A stretch of 64,000 nucleotides of DNA, taken from NCBI GenBank assembly GCA_012295275.1, contig CM022667.1, positions 4,526,001 through 4,590,000 on the forward strand. The letters are read 5' to 3'. The DNA is from Chrysomallon squamiferum. Lineage: Eukaryota > Animalia > Mollusca. Of this stretch, positions 27,723 through 43,350 are shown one piece after another. Under the pieces are notes generated by a model that saw only the letters and a program-made list of their open reading frames with translations, did no database searches and was not told the origin of the DNA. The translations under genes were made by a program, and so were the position numbers. Positions within the stretch are counted from its first letter, which is position 1. The number at the start of each line of letters is the position of its first letter.

Positions 27723-28852
27723 AGACTATGTGGGTAATTTGAGATGGTAATTTACCGGCAAAATATTTCCATCTCCTTTGTGTAAATGAGGTTTTTGTGT
27801 ATTGTTGATTCAGTTGTTCTGGTGTCCATATTGTTGAAGTTTCTGTATTGTTTCTTTGTTCCTAAGATTATTTTGTCTAAACATTCTGATATTAATGTAA
27901 ATATATAATTATTATTTCTTTTCTCATCATAATTCATTCAAACTGTATCATCTTATAAACTGAATAGTCATGGTTGACCCATTTAATGTAAAAAAAAAAC
28001 AATGATCATAATAATAATTAGAAATATTAAAAGTATAATCACATTTAAAAGAAATTGAAAAGATACAGAAGAAGAATATTCTTATTATACAAAAATATAA
28101 TATTAAATGTCATTGAAAAAGCGCAGCAAAACGTTTCTTTCTGTGCAATTTCACGTTTTTAAACAACATTAACTGTCATTTTCCAAACCACTGAGCAGAA
28201 CTTTTGAGCAAATGCAGGAGTATACAGTAGAACAATTGTATACAAAACAATTGTATTCCGATAAGCACGTCACAGCACAGTGGTGCACCTGGGCAGGTTA
28301 GAAGTAACCTTTCCCACAACCTTCTCTTGTATCATTTTTTCATTATTTTAATTTTTTTTAAATCTTAATTATTTTTTTTTTTATATATATTTATATTTTT
28401 TTAAATTTTATTTCCTTTTTTTGACTGTTACATTTGCAGATGTTACTTCTGTCTAGGCATCACATTATTGATTGTCACTTCATCCATTTATTTTTGGCTT
28501 GCATGTTCTAATTACATCCTGCTTCACATCTATGAGTCTGCTGATGCAGTGGATTAAATAGTTAAATGTTACGTGAAGTTCATTAATCATCCTCTGGCTT
28601 CTGCTTGCTTTTCTGTTGCTGTCTAATTACTGTTTTACTGTTGAAATACACAACAGTAACCTGTGTGGATGTGTATTTAATACATTATTATACTTACCTA
28701 CTATGTACATACATTCACACATATACACACATATATATACATGTGTATGTAAATGCTATAACTAACGATATCATATGATAATGATAGTAATAGTAATAAT
28801 AATAATAATAAAGTAAGAAAAAAGTAAATCTAAACAAAATGTAATAACAAAA

Positions 28853-28937
<85 letters not shown>

Positions 28938-30194
28938 GTCATCATATTTCAAATATAAATAAATAAATAAACCAACAAGTAATATTCAGATTCTGCAAAA
29001 ACAAGAAACAAAAAAACAAAAAAATATCACGACAGAGAACTGTTTTCTGTGATAGTTCTTCATGTTTGATTGTTTTCTGCTGGTCTCCAAGGTAATTGGC
29101 CTTGCTACACTATTGAGGGAAAAAAAATCATTGGAATCATTGAACTGTTATTTGACAACCTGAGATACTCATGGCATCTCTTCTTCCAAACAATCACAAG
29201 GTAAAGAGACAGTGAGAGAGAGAGAGCAAACCTTGGCCAATATTGATCAACTCTTTATAATCATTTGTGATTCATTTATGTTACAGCCATTAAACAGGTA
29301 AGCTGAATCGTGTAGAAAGAGAGATTGTTTTTTCAAAGTTCATTGTTTTAAAACATGTTTCAGTTCTGACTCAGAAGTAAAGGAGGTGCACTTTGATTTA
29401 TTGTGTATTTTGTTTTTTCTGTAAGTCGAGTTAATTTCGTAGTTAGCTATCTGAAACGGATTCGCCTGTTTAAAAACATATCAACATGAATGCAAATTAA
29501 TATTAAGTAAAGATTAAATCTGTGCAAACAAAAACTCCTGCTGGTCTTGTTTAGGCACATCAACTCACCTCAGTTACGTTATTTTTACTCAGGAAAAATG
29601 TTGTATGTAACGTAAAGTTACATTTTCCTAATGTTTTATAAATTAGTACAGTTAATATTAAAACTGACAAAATTGATTCTAAGTAACTAATATTTATCAG
29701 CCTTTGTATAACATCTACGAAAAGAAATTAAAAATTAATAACACCATAATAAATAAATTGATTTTAGTGAATGATTAACTGAGACAGTTAATTAATTGTG
29801 ATAATTAATTATGCAAAATCATTGCATGTTAAAAAAAATAATAATTTAATAAAAAAATTTTTTAATAACAACAAGAAGCGTGATCAGCATGGTTTAAAAA
29901 TATCTTGAAGTGTCGTGTATGTTCAGCTCTCAGAGTTTTGCTTCTGTTACACGCAAATGCTAATTAGCGAATGGTTGTTTGACTCACAAAGGTAGTCAAG
30001 TTAATATTTAATCTTTTCAATGAGTTGTATATGTAGTTACTGTGAATTTGACTGAGATATATATCCATTTATGGTCACCAGTTTGAATAGAGATATATAC
30101 TTAAATTTTATTGGCTCCCACTTTGTACAAAAAGATTGTTAAAGTAGCTCTTAAACATTTCATCCATACTTCATGTTTATTCACGAAGGTAGGT

Positions 30195-30722
30195 AAAGTA
30201 TTTGTAGAAACATTTCATTTCATGTATTTGTAGAAACTATTTTATTTCATGTTTTTGTAGAAACTATTTTATTTCAAGTATATTTAAAGAAGCTAAGTTT
30301 TTATTTCATGTATTTGTAGAAACTATTTTATTTCATGTTTTTGTGGAAACTAATAATTTTATTTTATGTCATGTATTTGTAGAAGCTTTTTTATTTCATG
30401 TATCTGAAGAAATTATTTTATTTCATGTTTTTGTAGAAACTATTTTATTTCAGGTTTTTATAGAAACTAATAATTTTATTTGATGTATTTGTACAAACTT
30501 ATTTTATGTCATGTATTTGTAGAAGCTTTTTTATTTCATGTATTTGAAGAAATTATTTTATTTCATGTTTTTGTGGAAACTTATTTTATTTCATGTTTTT
30601 ATAGAAACTAACAATTTTATTTCATGTTTTTATAGAAACTAACAATTTTATTTCATGTTTTTGAAGAAACTATTTTATTTCGTGTACATGTAAAGAAGCT
30701 AAGTTTTGATTTCATATGTTTT
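30195..30722. repeat. ~25-30-bp minisatellite
   Basis: Unit ttttatttcatgt(a/t)tttgtagaaacta repeated many times. Confidence 0.9.
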
Positions 30723-31858
30723 TATAAAGTTAAATATTGTATCTGTTAAACATTTCATCATTTTAATTGTACATACTGGGATTCTTTAGTTCAAGTTTAT
30801 AAAAAAAAAAATATGTGTGGCCCAAAGTTAAATTATTTCATTTAGATAGATGGTAGGTAGGCAGATATAAAAACAGTTGAAATAAGATATATTTAAAAAG
30901 TTGTTTTACTGTTTACATATAAATGCAGTTTTATACTTTATTTATTTAAAGTATAGCTACATCCTGAAACTCAGATGTGCTACTTGTAGATTGACACACA
31001 CACACACACATGCACGCACGCACGCACACACACACACACACACTAAGGTAGTTCTTTGTCTGACCTGATGCACTGAAGTATTACTCTCATTAAATACGTG
31101 AATGTCAAACTGCATATTGAGTTTCTGTTTTGCGTCACATGTAATGTTACTTTAGCCAAGTTCAACATTTTCTGAAAGTCGCAGGGTTTTTGTCCTTTTT
31201 ACTTCACATATTGGATTTCCTTACCTTCGTGCTGCATTGTAGTTAACGAAGATTATAATACAGTGGTTAGCGCAACAATGCTGTTTATCATAAGATCATC
31301 CCATATCTTTAGTTATTTTCAAATTTCAACATGCATTCTCAAGTTCTGCTTTTCAAAAGATATGATCTTTTGGGTTTATAGTAAGGTGTATGTATAAAAG
31401 TCGATGCAGAAAAATAAATCCGTATAAAATAGAAGCAGTGACTTTCTTCTTCATTTTCTTTTTCTTTTCTTTCTTCTTCTTCTTTAAAAAAAGAAAAGAA
31501 AAGAAAGAACATCTATTTAACCACAAGATAATAGTAAAAGGTATTGTTAAACAAATATTAATTCTCTACTGCCTAAGCACTTACAAGGATGAGATAAATA
31601 TTTTTTAACACACAGTTATCTGTGGTCTGTTTAAACCTTTTTGAAATTAGTTTGTTATAAAAGTGCTGTGTCAGGGTTTTTAATGGTTGGTTTGCTGTTG
31701 CGCACGGTGTGAAATTTGCTGAGTTGCAGAGTCCACATGATGCATGTTAACATGTACAGACGTGACAGCAACATTCTCCGCTAACTCCCTGAAGTAAAAC
31801 ACCATCACTAAAACAGTGCTGTCACACAGGATACATCCTTCATTTTTAAATATGTCTC

Positions 31859-31863
<5 letters not shown>

Positions 31864-31928
<65 letters not shown>
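31864..31928. repeat. (CT)n microsatellite
   Basis: Directly visible; source of the ER/SL-repeat ORFs. Confidence 0.95.
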
Positions 31929-31932
<4 letters not shown>

Positions 31933-34868
31933 TCTTTTATCCTTTCTTGCTTTCCCTCAGTTTCCTTTTGTCTGTTTCATCATCTCCCTCTCTCTGTCTT
32001 GCTTTGTCTCTTTCGTTTTCTATCTGTCTCATTTTTTTATACTTTTTTTTTTAATCTTATTCTGTTTTGTCACTATATCATTTTCACTTTTTCACTTTTC
32101 TTTTTCACCAGCAGAATCTTCAAACAACATCATGTCAACTTTCAGTTTACTTTGTCAGACCACTGTACATAGTTAAATAAATCGTGTGTGTATATACACC
32201 GTGCTGAATCATTCAGTAGTTCCTCAGAAAACTGTTTATCATCACAAGTCTGGTTTATTAAAGACTCTTGCTACTAGTTGTAAAACAAACAGGAAAAGCA
32301 AACAGAAATTCGTGTTAGTCAAATACACTTCAGATACACTTATATCTACTGTTGTATACACTGAAGTTCATGCGAGAATGTTTTCTCCAAGGTTAAAAAA
32401 AAGAAGAATATTTATGTATTGTAAAGAATATTTATGTATTGTACACGATCAGATGAGATATATCATCAGCAGTTTTAGGTATCGAGTACAAGTTTTGTTT
32501 ATTTATTACTCTAAATTTGTGTGGAAGATGTCACCACAAACCAGTGTGTGAATATTATTCATGTTTAGTACTGCAAGCAGTTTGTGTGGATGGGTGTGTA
32601 TGTGCACACAATTACACACACAGGCAATTACACACACACACACATGCACACACACACACACACACACACAGAAACACATACGTCCTAGGTCTGTACATCT
32701 GAATTGTTCATGAAAAAAAAAAATTCTCACGATATTTTTTCCTAAGATGGAAGGGTTGAGAAAGTGTGTATGTGTGTAAGTGTCTTTGCGTGCATAGTAG
32801 AAATTAGGTTCCAATTCAAATAAAAGAAAAACACTTGGACAGTATTATTGGTAACTGAATGAGGTAATAAAACTAAAAATTAATATTAACAACATCATCC
32901 TATCAGTGATGACATCTGTCAACAACAGCAGCTTTGTAAAATATCACCTGCTCTGAAACATCGGCCACTGAAAGATTTTTATCAATGAACATCACGCAAA
33001 TCACATAAACTTTGTTTACAAGTGGGCTTAAACATAATCCTCTCATTTTATTGTTTTAGTAATAAATGTCATGCCAGTATTTTTCATGTATTGTGGAAAT
33101 CAATAAACTCTTCTAAAAAAACAGCACAATGATATTTATCAAGAAAGATTATTTGCAATTATTTGCATAACATTTAAAATGTATATGTGTAAAGACAGAA
33201 CGTTCAGGGAAACAAATGTAAATGGTATCATAGCCAAAAATATTCAGTTGTTTTGAAAAATACATCAACATTATTATTATTTTCACTTGATATTTTAAAA
33301 CATATATATATATAAAGACAAAACTGAGATGATTTGAAACAGACTGGCCAGATAGTTTCTACACAGGCTTTATTTTCCATGACACCTGTAGCACATGCTC
33401 TACCTGCTTTGCCTCCACACTTGTTCCCAAACTTCCATTTATTATTCACTGACCAAAGTCAAATTATAAAGACAGAACACACACATTTATTTTCATCTTT
33501 GTACAGTTTGTGTGTTACAACCTCCGTCAAAGACAGTGTGATGTGTTTGGTAGCCAGATTGGCATAAATCTAACAATAATTGATGTCAGTATTACGTTAA
33601 CTCGGTATTTAGAATCAACTTAGCAGGTTAGAATTTGAAAACACAAAGAGCAGAAGCTTAGATCATTACCTGCCAGGTTCCTATGCTGTTGAGTTCTCTT
33701 AGGTCTGACTGATTCAAATGAACAGTTTTCATTTACCTGCAATAAAACTGTATGAGTAACATCACTGGCTTCTGTGGAAAGTTGATAAAAAAATTAGTTG
33801 CCTTTGAGCCATACCTGTTCTGATTAAACCCACTTCTGATATGTCAATTTATGTTTGTATATATATATATATATATGCATATATGCATATATGTGTGTGG
33901 ATGTATATAATCTGAGAGTGTGTGTTTGTGTATATAGATAGATTAATTATACAGATACAGACACACACACATTCACACAAGTCTGTCAGAATTCAGTAAA
34001 CTAATTTATTCACTACTTTCATGAGAACATTCTTAAAACATCTAGAAATAGAAATGCCATTGCTTTCCATTCTAAATCTAAAATAAACAAGTTTTGATCA
34101 GACTTTAATAAGTTTTAAAAAATTCGTTAAACCGTTGAGAAAGAAAAACATGAGCAGTGAACACGTATAAACACAGCTGCAGTTTATTACTGAGATGAGC
34201 TAAGCACTTTTTAAAGACTTCATTTTTTTTAAATTATTATTATAATTTATTTTTTTTTTTTTTTTTTTTATAATTTTGAAATTAATTTGACAAACTGCCC
34301 AGTCTTGTTTCTTGTTTCCTGCATCCCCAAAAAAGAAACACACTGATTTTTTAAACTACATAAACAAGATTTTAGAAGTATGTGCATGTAGCTGTATCCA
34401 AGATAAATTAATCTGCTTTAGCTTGTATTAAAAAAAGACATGGATAAATCTGTGATCCTTCAACTGATAGAAACATTAGGCATACAGACTTAATGTATAC
34501 ATTAATAAAAAAATAATAATAAAAAAAATAAAAAAATAAAAAATTGTGTTTGTTAAATCTATAAATAATGATAAGAATATATCAAACTTGTTTTAAACAT
34601 GTACTTAGTAACACTTTATTACAATAATTATTTTAAATATTTTCACTGAAAATATGTGCAGAAGTAGCTTAATATATGTGCATTCTTTTTTGTATGATGT
34701 AGATAAGTGCATACTGTAAATGACATATTTCCATTAATTTTGATGACTCTACATAAATAAAGAAAGCAAAGATTATTATCTACTGACATCATCAGAAAGG
34801 CAAATCAACTATGTTCTTTTGAGATGTCATGTCCATTCATGTTGTCAGTTCATTTCTTTAGATATGTA

Positions 34869-35071
34869 CATTCATTCTTTAAATACATAGTCATTCTTTA
34901 AATACATACATTCATTCTTTAAATACATAGTCATTCTTTAAATACATAGTCATTCTTTAAATACATACATTCATTCTTTAAATACATTCATTCTTTAAAT
35001 ACATAGTCATTCTTTAAATACATAGTCATTCTTTAAATACATACATCCATTCTTTAAATACATACATTCAT
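34869..35071. repeat. ~19-23-bp minisatellite
   Basis: Unit cattctttaaatacata(gt/ca), about 9 copies. Confidence 0.9.
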
Positions 35072-35948
35072 CTGTCTTTTCGATTCGTTCAGTTGACACA
35101 CTTCACTGAACCATCCAATCCATCCATCTAATCCACTTGTCCATCCACTCATCTGTACGTCCCATGTGTGCATCTGTCCACCACATCACTCAGTCCCACC
35201 CTTTCCAACTGCTTTTCAACCTTTCTGCCCATCCATCCTTTTTCATTCTGTCATCTTTTCCATCCAAATAGTCAGAATATGTTCACCATATAATCTAATG
35301 AAATGGTTGAGGTATATGGTTTCCAAATTCATTCATCCAACCATCCATCCATCCACCCATCTATCCATCTGTTCTGTTGTATGGTTTTTCCTTTAACTTT
35401 AAATTAAAAAAAGTTGTCTTATTACATGAAATATCTGAAGTGTTTGGTATACTGCCTCTTCAAACAAAAAGAGAGAAAGAAATGCATTTACTGATTTACC
35501 TTGACATATCTGATTCACCAGTTTTTACAAAATTGTTAGTGTTTTACCAAGACAAAACTCCTCTCATTGGTTCTGAGAGACCTCACACAAGTGTAGTGGA
35601 GTGTGTGTGTTTGAAGCAGACTTTTGGCAGTGGCAGCAGTCTGACCACATAAAACATGAATGGTTCCTGCAGACTGCACTCGGCAGCACTTGGCTACATT
35701 TCTGCAGATTGCACAAAATGGCTGCCCGCGGTTTCTGCAAAAGGAAATTACATCAAGCTGCTGGAATTACTTGCTCATGTCGACAGCTGATTTGATCAGG
35801 CTTTATCAGACACACATCAGCTGTTTACTCACAGGTAGAAAACCATTAATGTGAAATAACAGGCATCTCTTCATTTCAGTAACTGTGCTCAAAAATAAAA
35901 TCATTGAAAGTAAACACGGAATTTATCAGTGGTATGTTTGCTTGTCTA

Positions 35949-35950
<2 letters not shown>

Positions 35951-36023
<73 letters not shown>
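35951..36023. repeat. (CT)n microsatellite
   Basis: Directly visible. Confidence 0.95.
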
Positions 36024-36025
<2 letters not shown>

Positions 36026-36205
36026 ATCTATCCATTTGTCTGTCTGTGTTTCTCCAACTGTGAGCATGTCTATTAATGCAGTCACAGTTTGACATCCCTG
36101 TACCTAAAGAGATAATTTGTTCTTATTTATGTTGAATTTACAGTTTGGCAGAAAGTGCTTCACAGTTATTATAGTAGCCATGTTTTTCTAGTGTTTTGAT
36201 ATGAT

Positions 36206-36237
<32 letters not shown>

Positions 36238-38943
36238 AGTCGCGTGCGTGCACACTAGCTGACTTAGAAGAAACCCAATTTATTACAATGGAAAATTAAT
36301 GTATTCTGAAAATGTTTTAACTTCAGTGTAAATAAATAAATAAAAACAGGTAACACATGTACACCAAACAGCCTTAAATAAACTCAGTTTAAAATATCAG
36401 TTCTTTTCTACTCTTCTTCTTCATTTTAAATCTGACTTTCCTTTTTCTGCATATAATTATATTCCATTGCTTAATAATTTTCACAAAAAGAAAAGTTAAA
36501 AATAAGTTAAAGTGTATTTTTGCTGTCTAATATATACTTGTTAGGAAAGCAGTTGTTTAGTTTTATTATAACATGAAAACTGAAAAGAATGTCATGATAC
36601 TAATTTATTCACACTCATGCTCAAACATTCATGCTTCTGCATGCACTCACACACACACACACACACATGAATATACACAAGCACAACATGCATGCTGATT
36701 CACAACACACAAAACACAACACTCAAAACTGTTCTGAATGATTCATGCTTGAACCATGAATTCAGTACATTCAGCACAAAAAAAAACAAAGAAAAAGTTA
36801 GGATTTGTATGGGCCTTAATAACCTGTTTCAAATATTACTCACCTCGCTCATTAAACATATTTTATTGCACAAAATTTAATAATTTTTATAAATGAAAAA
36901 AATCTAAGCTGTATTTGAGAAAAAGAAATTTGACATAAAGTCATAAAAAGTTCGAGCAAAATAGAAGAAAAAAAAAATCATCACTATTTCATTGAAAGCA
37001 GAAATCATAATGAACAAAAATTATTTATAGTTAAAATTACTTCCCTTTATCGCAGCTCTCAAGCCCCTGTTTTGCTGTCTGACATGAATAACAATTAGTT
37101 CACACCTCACAAATAGTTTCCTAACTAACATGGTTTTCCAATTGGTAGTAAATGACTGCATGGTAGTCGATGTTTGATCTGCGAGGGAGTCGTGTCTAAG
37201 TGGCGTGTTAACGTTGTAGAGACGTACGAAGCTCGTTTCCGATTATTCAGATAATCAAACAAGATGGAAGAAATGTTTAACTAGACCCAAACACATTTCA
37301 TTCATTTAGCAGCAGTAATAAAGAAGTCATTTCTTTTTTGTAAAGATTTTTTTTTTTTTTTCTTCACGGTTTTCTTTTTTGTGAATATTTTGCTTTTATT
37401 TTTGTATTTACACATACATCATTATTTCCCATTATAAGTACTTTTTGTAGATAGATAGTATTACCATGTATCTTTAAAATATTATTATTATTATTATTAA
37501 TCTGTATTTATAATGTGTGCAGTTCTTTTACATGTATACAATGCAGAATAATTCTATAATGGAAATTAAAAAAAAAAAAAAAAATTTCTCTCTCTGGAAA
37601 AAAGCAAATTTTCACACACCATTTATCCTCCCACTTTATATTCAGCTCGGACTCTGACCACAGTTTGACTCTCATGTTTTTTTGTATTTTTTTGTTTTTT
37701 TGTGGTGATCAGTTCAAAATGTGTGGACAATTCAACTACATTTGACCACAGCACACAATGACTTGACACTTTACCTGTTTCGTGTTTGTACCTGCAGAAG
37801 CATTGATTTGCATTGACCGGTTTGATACAGATCAATGGTTCTCTATAGCAGAACACTTTTTTTTTATGTAGCTTGTTGCTATGGAACCATTGTATTCATT
37901 TCCTGTTCCAAACAGAACCCGATTAACATCGATTGAATAAAATAATTAGATGTTTTTTTTTATAATGGTGCTTATTATGATTTACGAATGGTGATAGTAG
38001 TGGTGATAGCAGCAGTAGTTAATACTGCAGTAGGAGTAGTAGTTATACTAGTAATTGTAGTAGTAAATGTAGGCTAAAATGTTATAATGGTTATTGTCAT
38101 AGTTGTAGCTGAACATGTTGTGATAATAGTAGTACTGGTAGTAGTAGTAGGTGTAGTAATTGCAGTTAATATTGTAGTAGTAGTAATAGTAGTAGTTGTT
38201 GTTGTAGTAGTAGTAATGATAGTCTAAAATATTTCAGTGGTTATCATTAGTTGTAACAGAAGATGTAGTAGAAGTTGTATCAGTTTCAGTTGCAGTTAGC
38301 ATTGTATAGTAGTAACGACAGTCTAAAATGTCACAATGCTTATTGTCCTAATTGTAGCTGTAGATGATGTAATAGTAGTAGTGGTAGCTTCCTGTTGTTG
38401 CAGAAGATACATTGTAATGGTCATTACTGTTATTAGTAATTGTGGCTGTAGCAGGTTATGCTGTAATTGGAGTAGTAGTTGGAGTTGTCCCTTAATAACA
38501 GTAGTTGTAGTAATAGTATAATGGTTATTGTTAGTAGATCTAGTAGTAGTTATTTTAACAGTAGGTATAATTGATAACGGCACACATTATGTCATGTATT
38601 AACACCAGCTTATCTCGTGTAATCAGATATATAATTCATTGGATATCATTTTGTACTATACATTCAACTTATCTGAAATCTCTAAAAAAAACATTAGTGG
38701 TTCACTGAGTGTGAACAAAAACACAACAAAACACCAGATCAGTTTTAAAAAAAAAAAAAAAAACAACTCAATACAGGTGTTTGAGCACAACGCTCAAAAC
38801 AAAGAGATGTAATCTGTAAAGCTTTTGTTGTTATAAATAGGCGTGTTTGTCAGTGTGTACAATGAAACCATGGCAACGGAGATGTCAGCTCATGACACTC
38901 GAGAATGACACAGTTTGTTTTTAATGGGGTGTCGGGTGTCTGA

Positions 38944-38986
<43 letters not shown>

Positions 38987-39401
38987 GCTGTTTGTCTGGG
39001 TGTGTGTATGTGCATGTGTGTTGGTGTATGTCTATGGGTGTGTGTGTGTGTGTGTGTGTGTATACTGGTGTATATCTGGGTGTTTGTGTATATCTGAATA
39101 TATGAATTGAGAGAAACAAATGACTGTGTGTGTGTGTGTGTGTCTGTATGTGCATGTTTATGTGCATACTTTTGTGAATATGTGTGAGAATGTGTTTCAG
39201 AGAGAGAGAAAGACAGAGACAGATAGTGATGATGTAAATGAAAAAAGTGTTACAACGATAAGACCTGATAGCTTATATCAATGTAATAAAAGTTGATCTA
39301 CGTACTCCACACAAGTTTACTCATGATATATTGACATTGCCTGCCATTCACTTTCATAACCATACTAATGGTGCATGCAGAATCATACATTTGAACAGGT
39401 T

Positions 39402-39451
<50 letters not shown>

Positions 39452-39719
39452 GTATTTAATTCAATACATGTATAGCATATCATTATCATGTATACTCTAG
39501 ATAGATAATTTGTATGAAAAAAAATAGTGATCTCTTTCAGATCTTATGACTGATTGATTAAAATTTAAAAAAAATTAGATAATAAATTTAAACAACAAAT
39601 AAAAAAAATAAAAATAAACTCAATATAAATTAATTACAACTTGAATGTAATGTTAAATTGCTACTCATTGGTGACATGCATTATAACACTAGAGATAAAG
39701 AAAGCTGATAAAACTTTTA

Positions 39720-39885
39720 TATCTTAGCAGCAAGGATCTTGTTATATACGCCTTCCCACTTACGGAGATAAGATTAGTTTAATACACTGGTTGTGGGACA
39801 GGCTAGAATGGGAAATATTTCATTGAACAAGTTCGATCCTGCATCTTGTCATGTGTTGACCAAGTACTGTAAACCATGGAAGTAC
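39720..39885 (-). mobile_element. Degenerate tRNA-derived SINE remnant
   Basis: tagcagcaaggatcttgttatatacgccttcccac...gttcgatcctgc shares its core with 45681-45760 and resembles, from memory, an abundant gastropod SINE. Confidence 0.45.
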
Positions 39886-40021
39886 TTTGAGCTTGTCAGA
39901 GTAGCTTATCTCCGCTCAGTAACCTCTTTAAAACATAAGTCTGTTTTATTATTTTAAATTGCTAGCTGGATAACTTTTAATTTGTTACAGTTCATTGTAG
40001 ACTCCTTGGGGGCAGTGTATT

Positions 40022-40062
<41 letters not shown>

Positions 40063-40983
40063 ATGAGATAGATTTCTAAGGTATATGATAGTTAAATAAT
40101 TCAAAAAATAACTGTTTTACTGTTTTTGTTGATTGATTGATTTATTTATTTTATTATTATTATTATTATTTTATTATTATTATTATTAGTTATCTGATTT
40201 TTAATTAACTTTTTTCAAAAGTAGGGATCTCTTTAGCATAATTTTAAAAATAATTCTACATTTTTTCCTAAATAAATAAAGTTACCATTAATTGTTTCAA
40301 AGACATTTACTGTTATCTGTAAACTGAATTTCTGTTCTGGCATATAACTTACTGCTTGACTGCTTTTTCAATAACTATTTTAGTTTTTTTTCTTTACTGA
40401 GATTTCAAATCCTTGCCTAGCTGACAGATCAGTCTGACCAACTGACCATAGAGTGGACACTGTCCATTGTTTGCAAGTTGCAAAAGTCTCTCAACTGTTT
40501 CATTAATATGGCATTAGCTGTGAACATTAATAGTGTTTAATTCATGATGCAGATCAGAAGTATGTGAAAAACATGACAGGACTTGAAATGGCAGGTTAGA
40601 ATCAATTCAGGTACCAGTGTGTAAGAAGGTAGTATATACTGTTATACACTATTACAATAATAATAATTACAACATTTTTATTAATAATAATACTTGTAAT
40701 TAATATTATAATTAATATTATAATTAATAATCAATGATAATAATAATAATTACTGTTTCTATTAACTCCTGTTGTTGTTATTGCTGCTGTTATTATTTGA
40801 ATTATTTCTTCTTCTTCTTCTTCTTATTCTTATTATTAGTAGCAGTAGTAGTAGTAGGAGTAGTAGTTGTAGTAGCATCGTGCTGTTATTATTATTATTA
40901 CTCCTTACCATTATTATAAATATGACTAGTATTATTAGTAGTTGTGGTATTACTATTATTATTAAGAGACTACCAATGATAAC

Positions 40984-41024
<41 letters not shown>

Positions 41025-41055
41025 TAAAATAATAATAATAATAAAAAAAATAAAA

Positions 41056-41092
<37 letters not shown>

Positions 41093-41446
41093 AATCACAA
41101 CCATGTACTGATGATGTTGGTGTTTTGAACTCTGACAACTGCTACAAGATCTGCCTGTGTTTTGTTTGACAACGAAACCACACCGGTGTTTATGTCAGCT
41201 CAAGTTTATTTCGTGTTTGTACTTGCAGACAGTTGGCTGTTATTGACAAGTTTTATTGATGTGTGACACATTAAAGCTTTTCTGTTGAACTCTTTATTTC
41301 CATGAGTAATTGAATGATTTCCAGTTCTAACTGGCACCCCATTAAACAGCCATCCTGTGAAAAACATTTTGTAATAATAAAGATTTCATTTTTGAATCTG
41401 GTACTCTGTTTCTCACTCTTTGACTAACCAGCCTGTAATGACTTTT

Positions 41447-41490
<44 letters not shown>

Positions 41491-42059
41491 TATTCATGTA
41501 CAAAATGTGTGCTTACAGATAACATACAAACAACACAAATACAAATACATTTTATTTCAGGGCTGATGTTATGAATAAGTAAATATAACCTGGTTTGTTA
41601 ATGGATGAGATAAACAGTAATTTAACTGAAACAATACAAGACTTGAAGAAAAATATCAAATATTAATATGACAGGATGATGTTGACAGAGCACAAGCAAC
41701 AAGATTTGATAAAGAAATGCATTTCCCACGTCTCTAAGGACCAAAGAATTATTATTGATTCATAATACAAGAAAACTTTATTTAATTGTTTGAGTGGCTA
41801 TGTGTGTTTGTACTGGAACAGTCAGGAGCAGATCCAGGTGTGACACTGGTGTTCAGTTAATACAAACCTCCCACCTCCTTTGTAAAAGCAAAATATTTTC
41901 TTTCTTGTTTCAAAAATGGTTTCCATTTTTTAATTTCTTTTATCATCCTTGCTGAAATTTTTTTTTTTTCATTGTTGAAAACTGGACAGATGCTTTTATA
42001 GAAGGGTCAAGTAATATTTATTAAATACATTAAGTTACCTTTACAGAGATTAACTGACT

Positions 42060-42220
42060 TTTAATGAGATGAAGGAATGTTATTTAGATCAAGTAACTTT
42101 CATTAAGATCAAGTCACTTGTATTCGAGCACAAGTAACTTATATTCAGGCACAACTTTTATTGGTATCAAAGTAACTTTTATTAGAGATAAAGTAACTTT
42201 TATTAGAGATAAAGTAACTC
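42060..42220. repeat. ~21-bp degenerate minisatellite
   Basis: Unit aagtaacttttattagagat and variants. Confidence 0.75.
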
Positions 42221-43214
42221 ACCACCCTGAACATTTTTAGTGTCTGCCCCTGAAACATCAGAGTAAGAACAAAAAGCTAAACAAAATTAAATTTAAAAAA
42301 ATAATCAAAAAATGTACCTCAGCATTCAGTTGTTTTATCTTGTTAACACTTGTTTATTCTGCTTTTTTCTTTTTTTTTTCTGCAAAATTTAAAATCTTTC
42401 TTTTTTTTGTGTGTGTGTGTGTGTCATGAATTTTATTGTTTTGTGTTATTATCTATTAGTCTCAGAATCAAAGAGGACTGTTTGCTTGTGTTGAATGTTC
42501 AGGCTAGGATTTTATTAACACTTGTAACATTAACATTTTGTAAATGTTTTCTGCAAGAGAACACTTTTGAGTAAAGACTCACAGAAAATAATTCTGAAGA
42601 GTAAAAAAAAAAAATCTGATGAATGTAAGTAAGTGTTATTGAATAGTAAGGTCCTATTAAGAGAGAAAATAATTACTGGAAGAAAAAAATCTGAAGAGAA
42701 AAATTTTAATGTAAGTAGATTTTTTGTTTGTTAACCTTTCATTGACAAGCTCGAGTAGCTATTTGAAAATAAAACTGTTTTCATAATGGATACTTACATA
42801 CAGCTGATGTAATGGTAAGAGTTTTTAAAACTAAATATAGCATTGTGTATAATCAATAGATTATCCCAAAGAAAATATTTCATTAAATAAATATTTTTAG
42901 ATTTGAAGTATATTGGGGAGTTTAAACAAAATGACTATATATATATATAGTGATGTATAGAAATATAAAAAAATTAATAAAATACTTTTATTTATTTAGT
43001 TATTTATATATTTATTTACTGTATTAATTTTCATTTATTTTATTTTATTTATTATTGTGGTATATATCTGTTTTTATTTTGTTATAAAGACTATAAAAAA
43101 AAACAAGAGTGAAAATAAATCATTATCTTGTTGTCTCTAAGACAATATTTGAACAGTCTAAGCTGTATTAGTCTACAACGTCTTTTCAAATGTCAGGTAC
43201 AACATGTAGATTGT

Positions 43215-43350
43215 TGCTTAGCAGAAACAATTAAGTAGTCACTAGCACTAAGCAGGTACAACTGTGTAGTCACTAGTGAGCAGGTACAACTGTATTGTCA
43301 CTAGAACTAAGCAGATACAACTAAGCACAAAGTACTAGTATTAAACAGTA
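43215..43350. repeat. ~30-bp degenerate tandem repeat
   Basis: Unit agcaggtacaactgtgtagtcactag, 3-4 copies. Confidence 0.7.
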
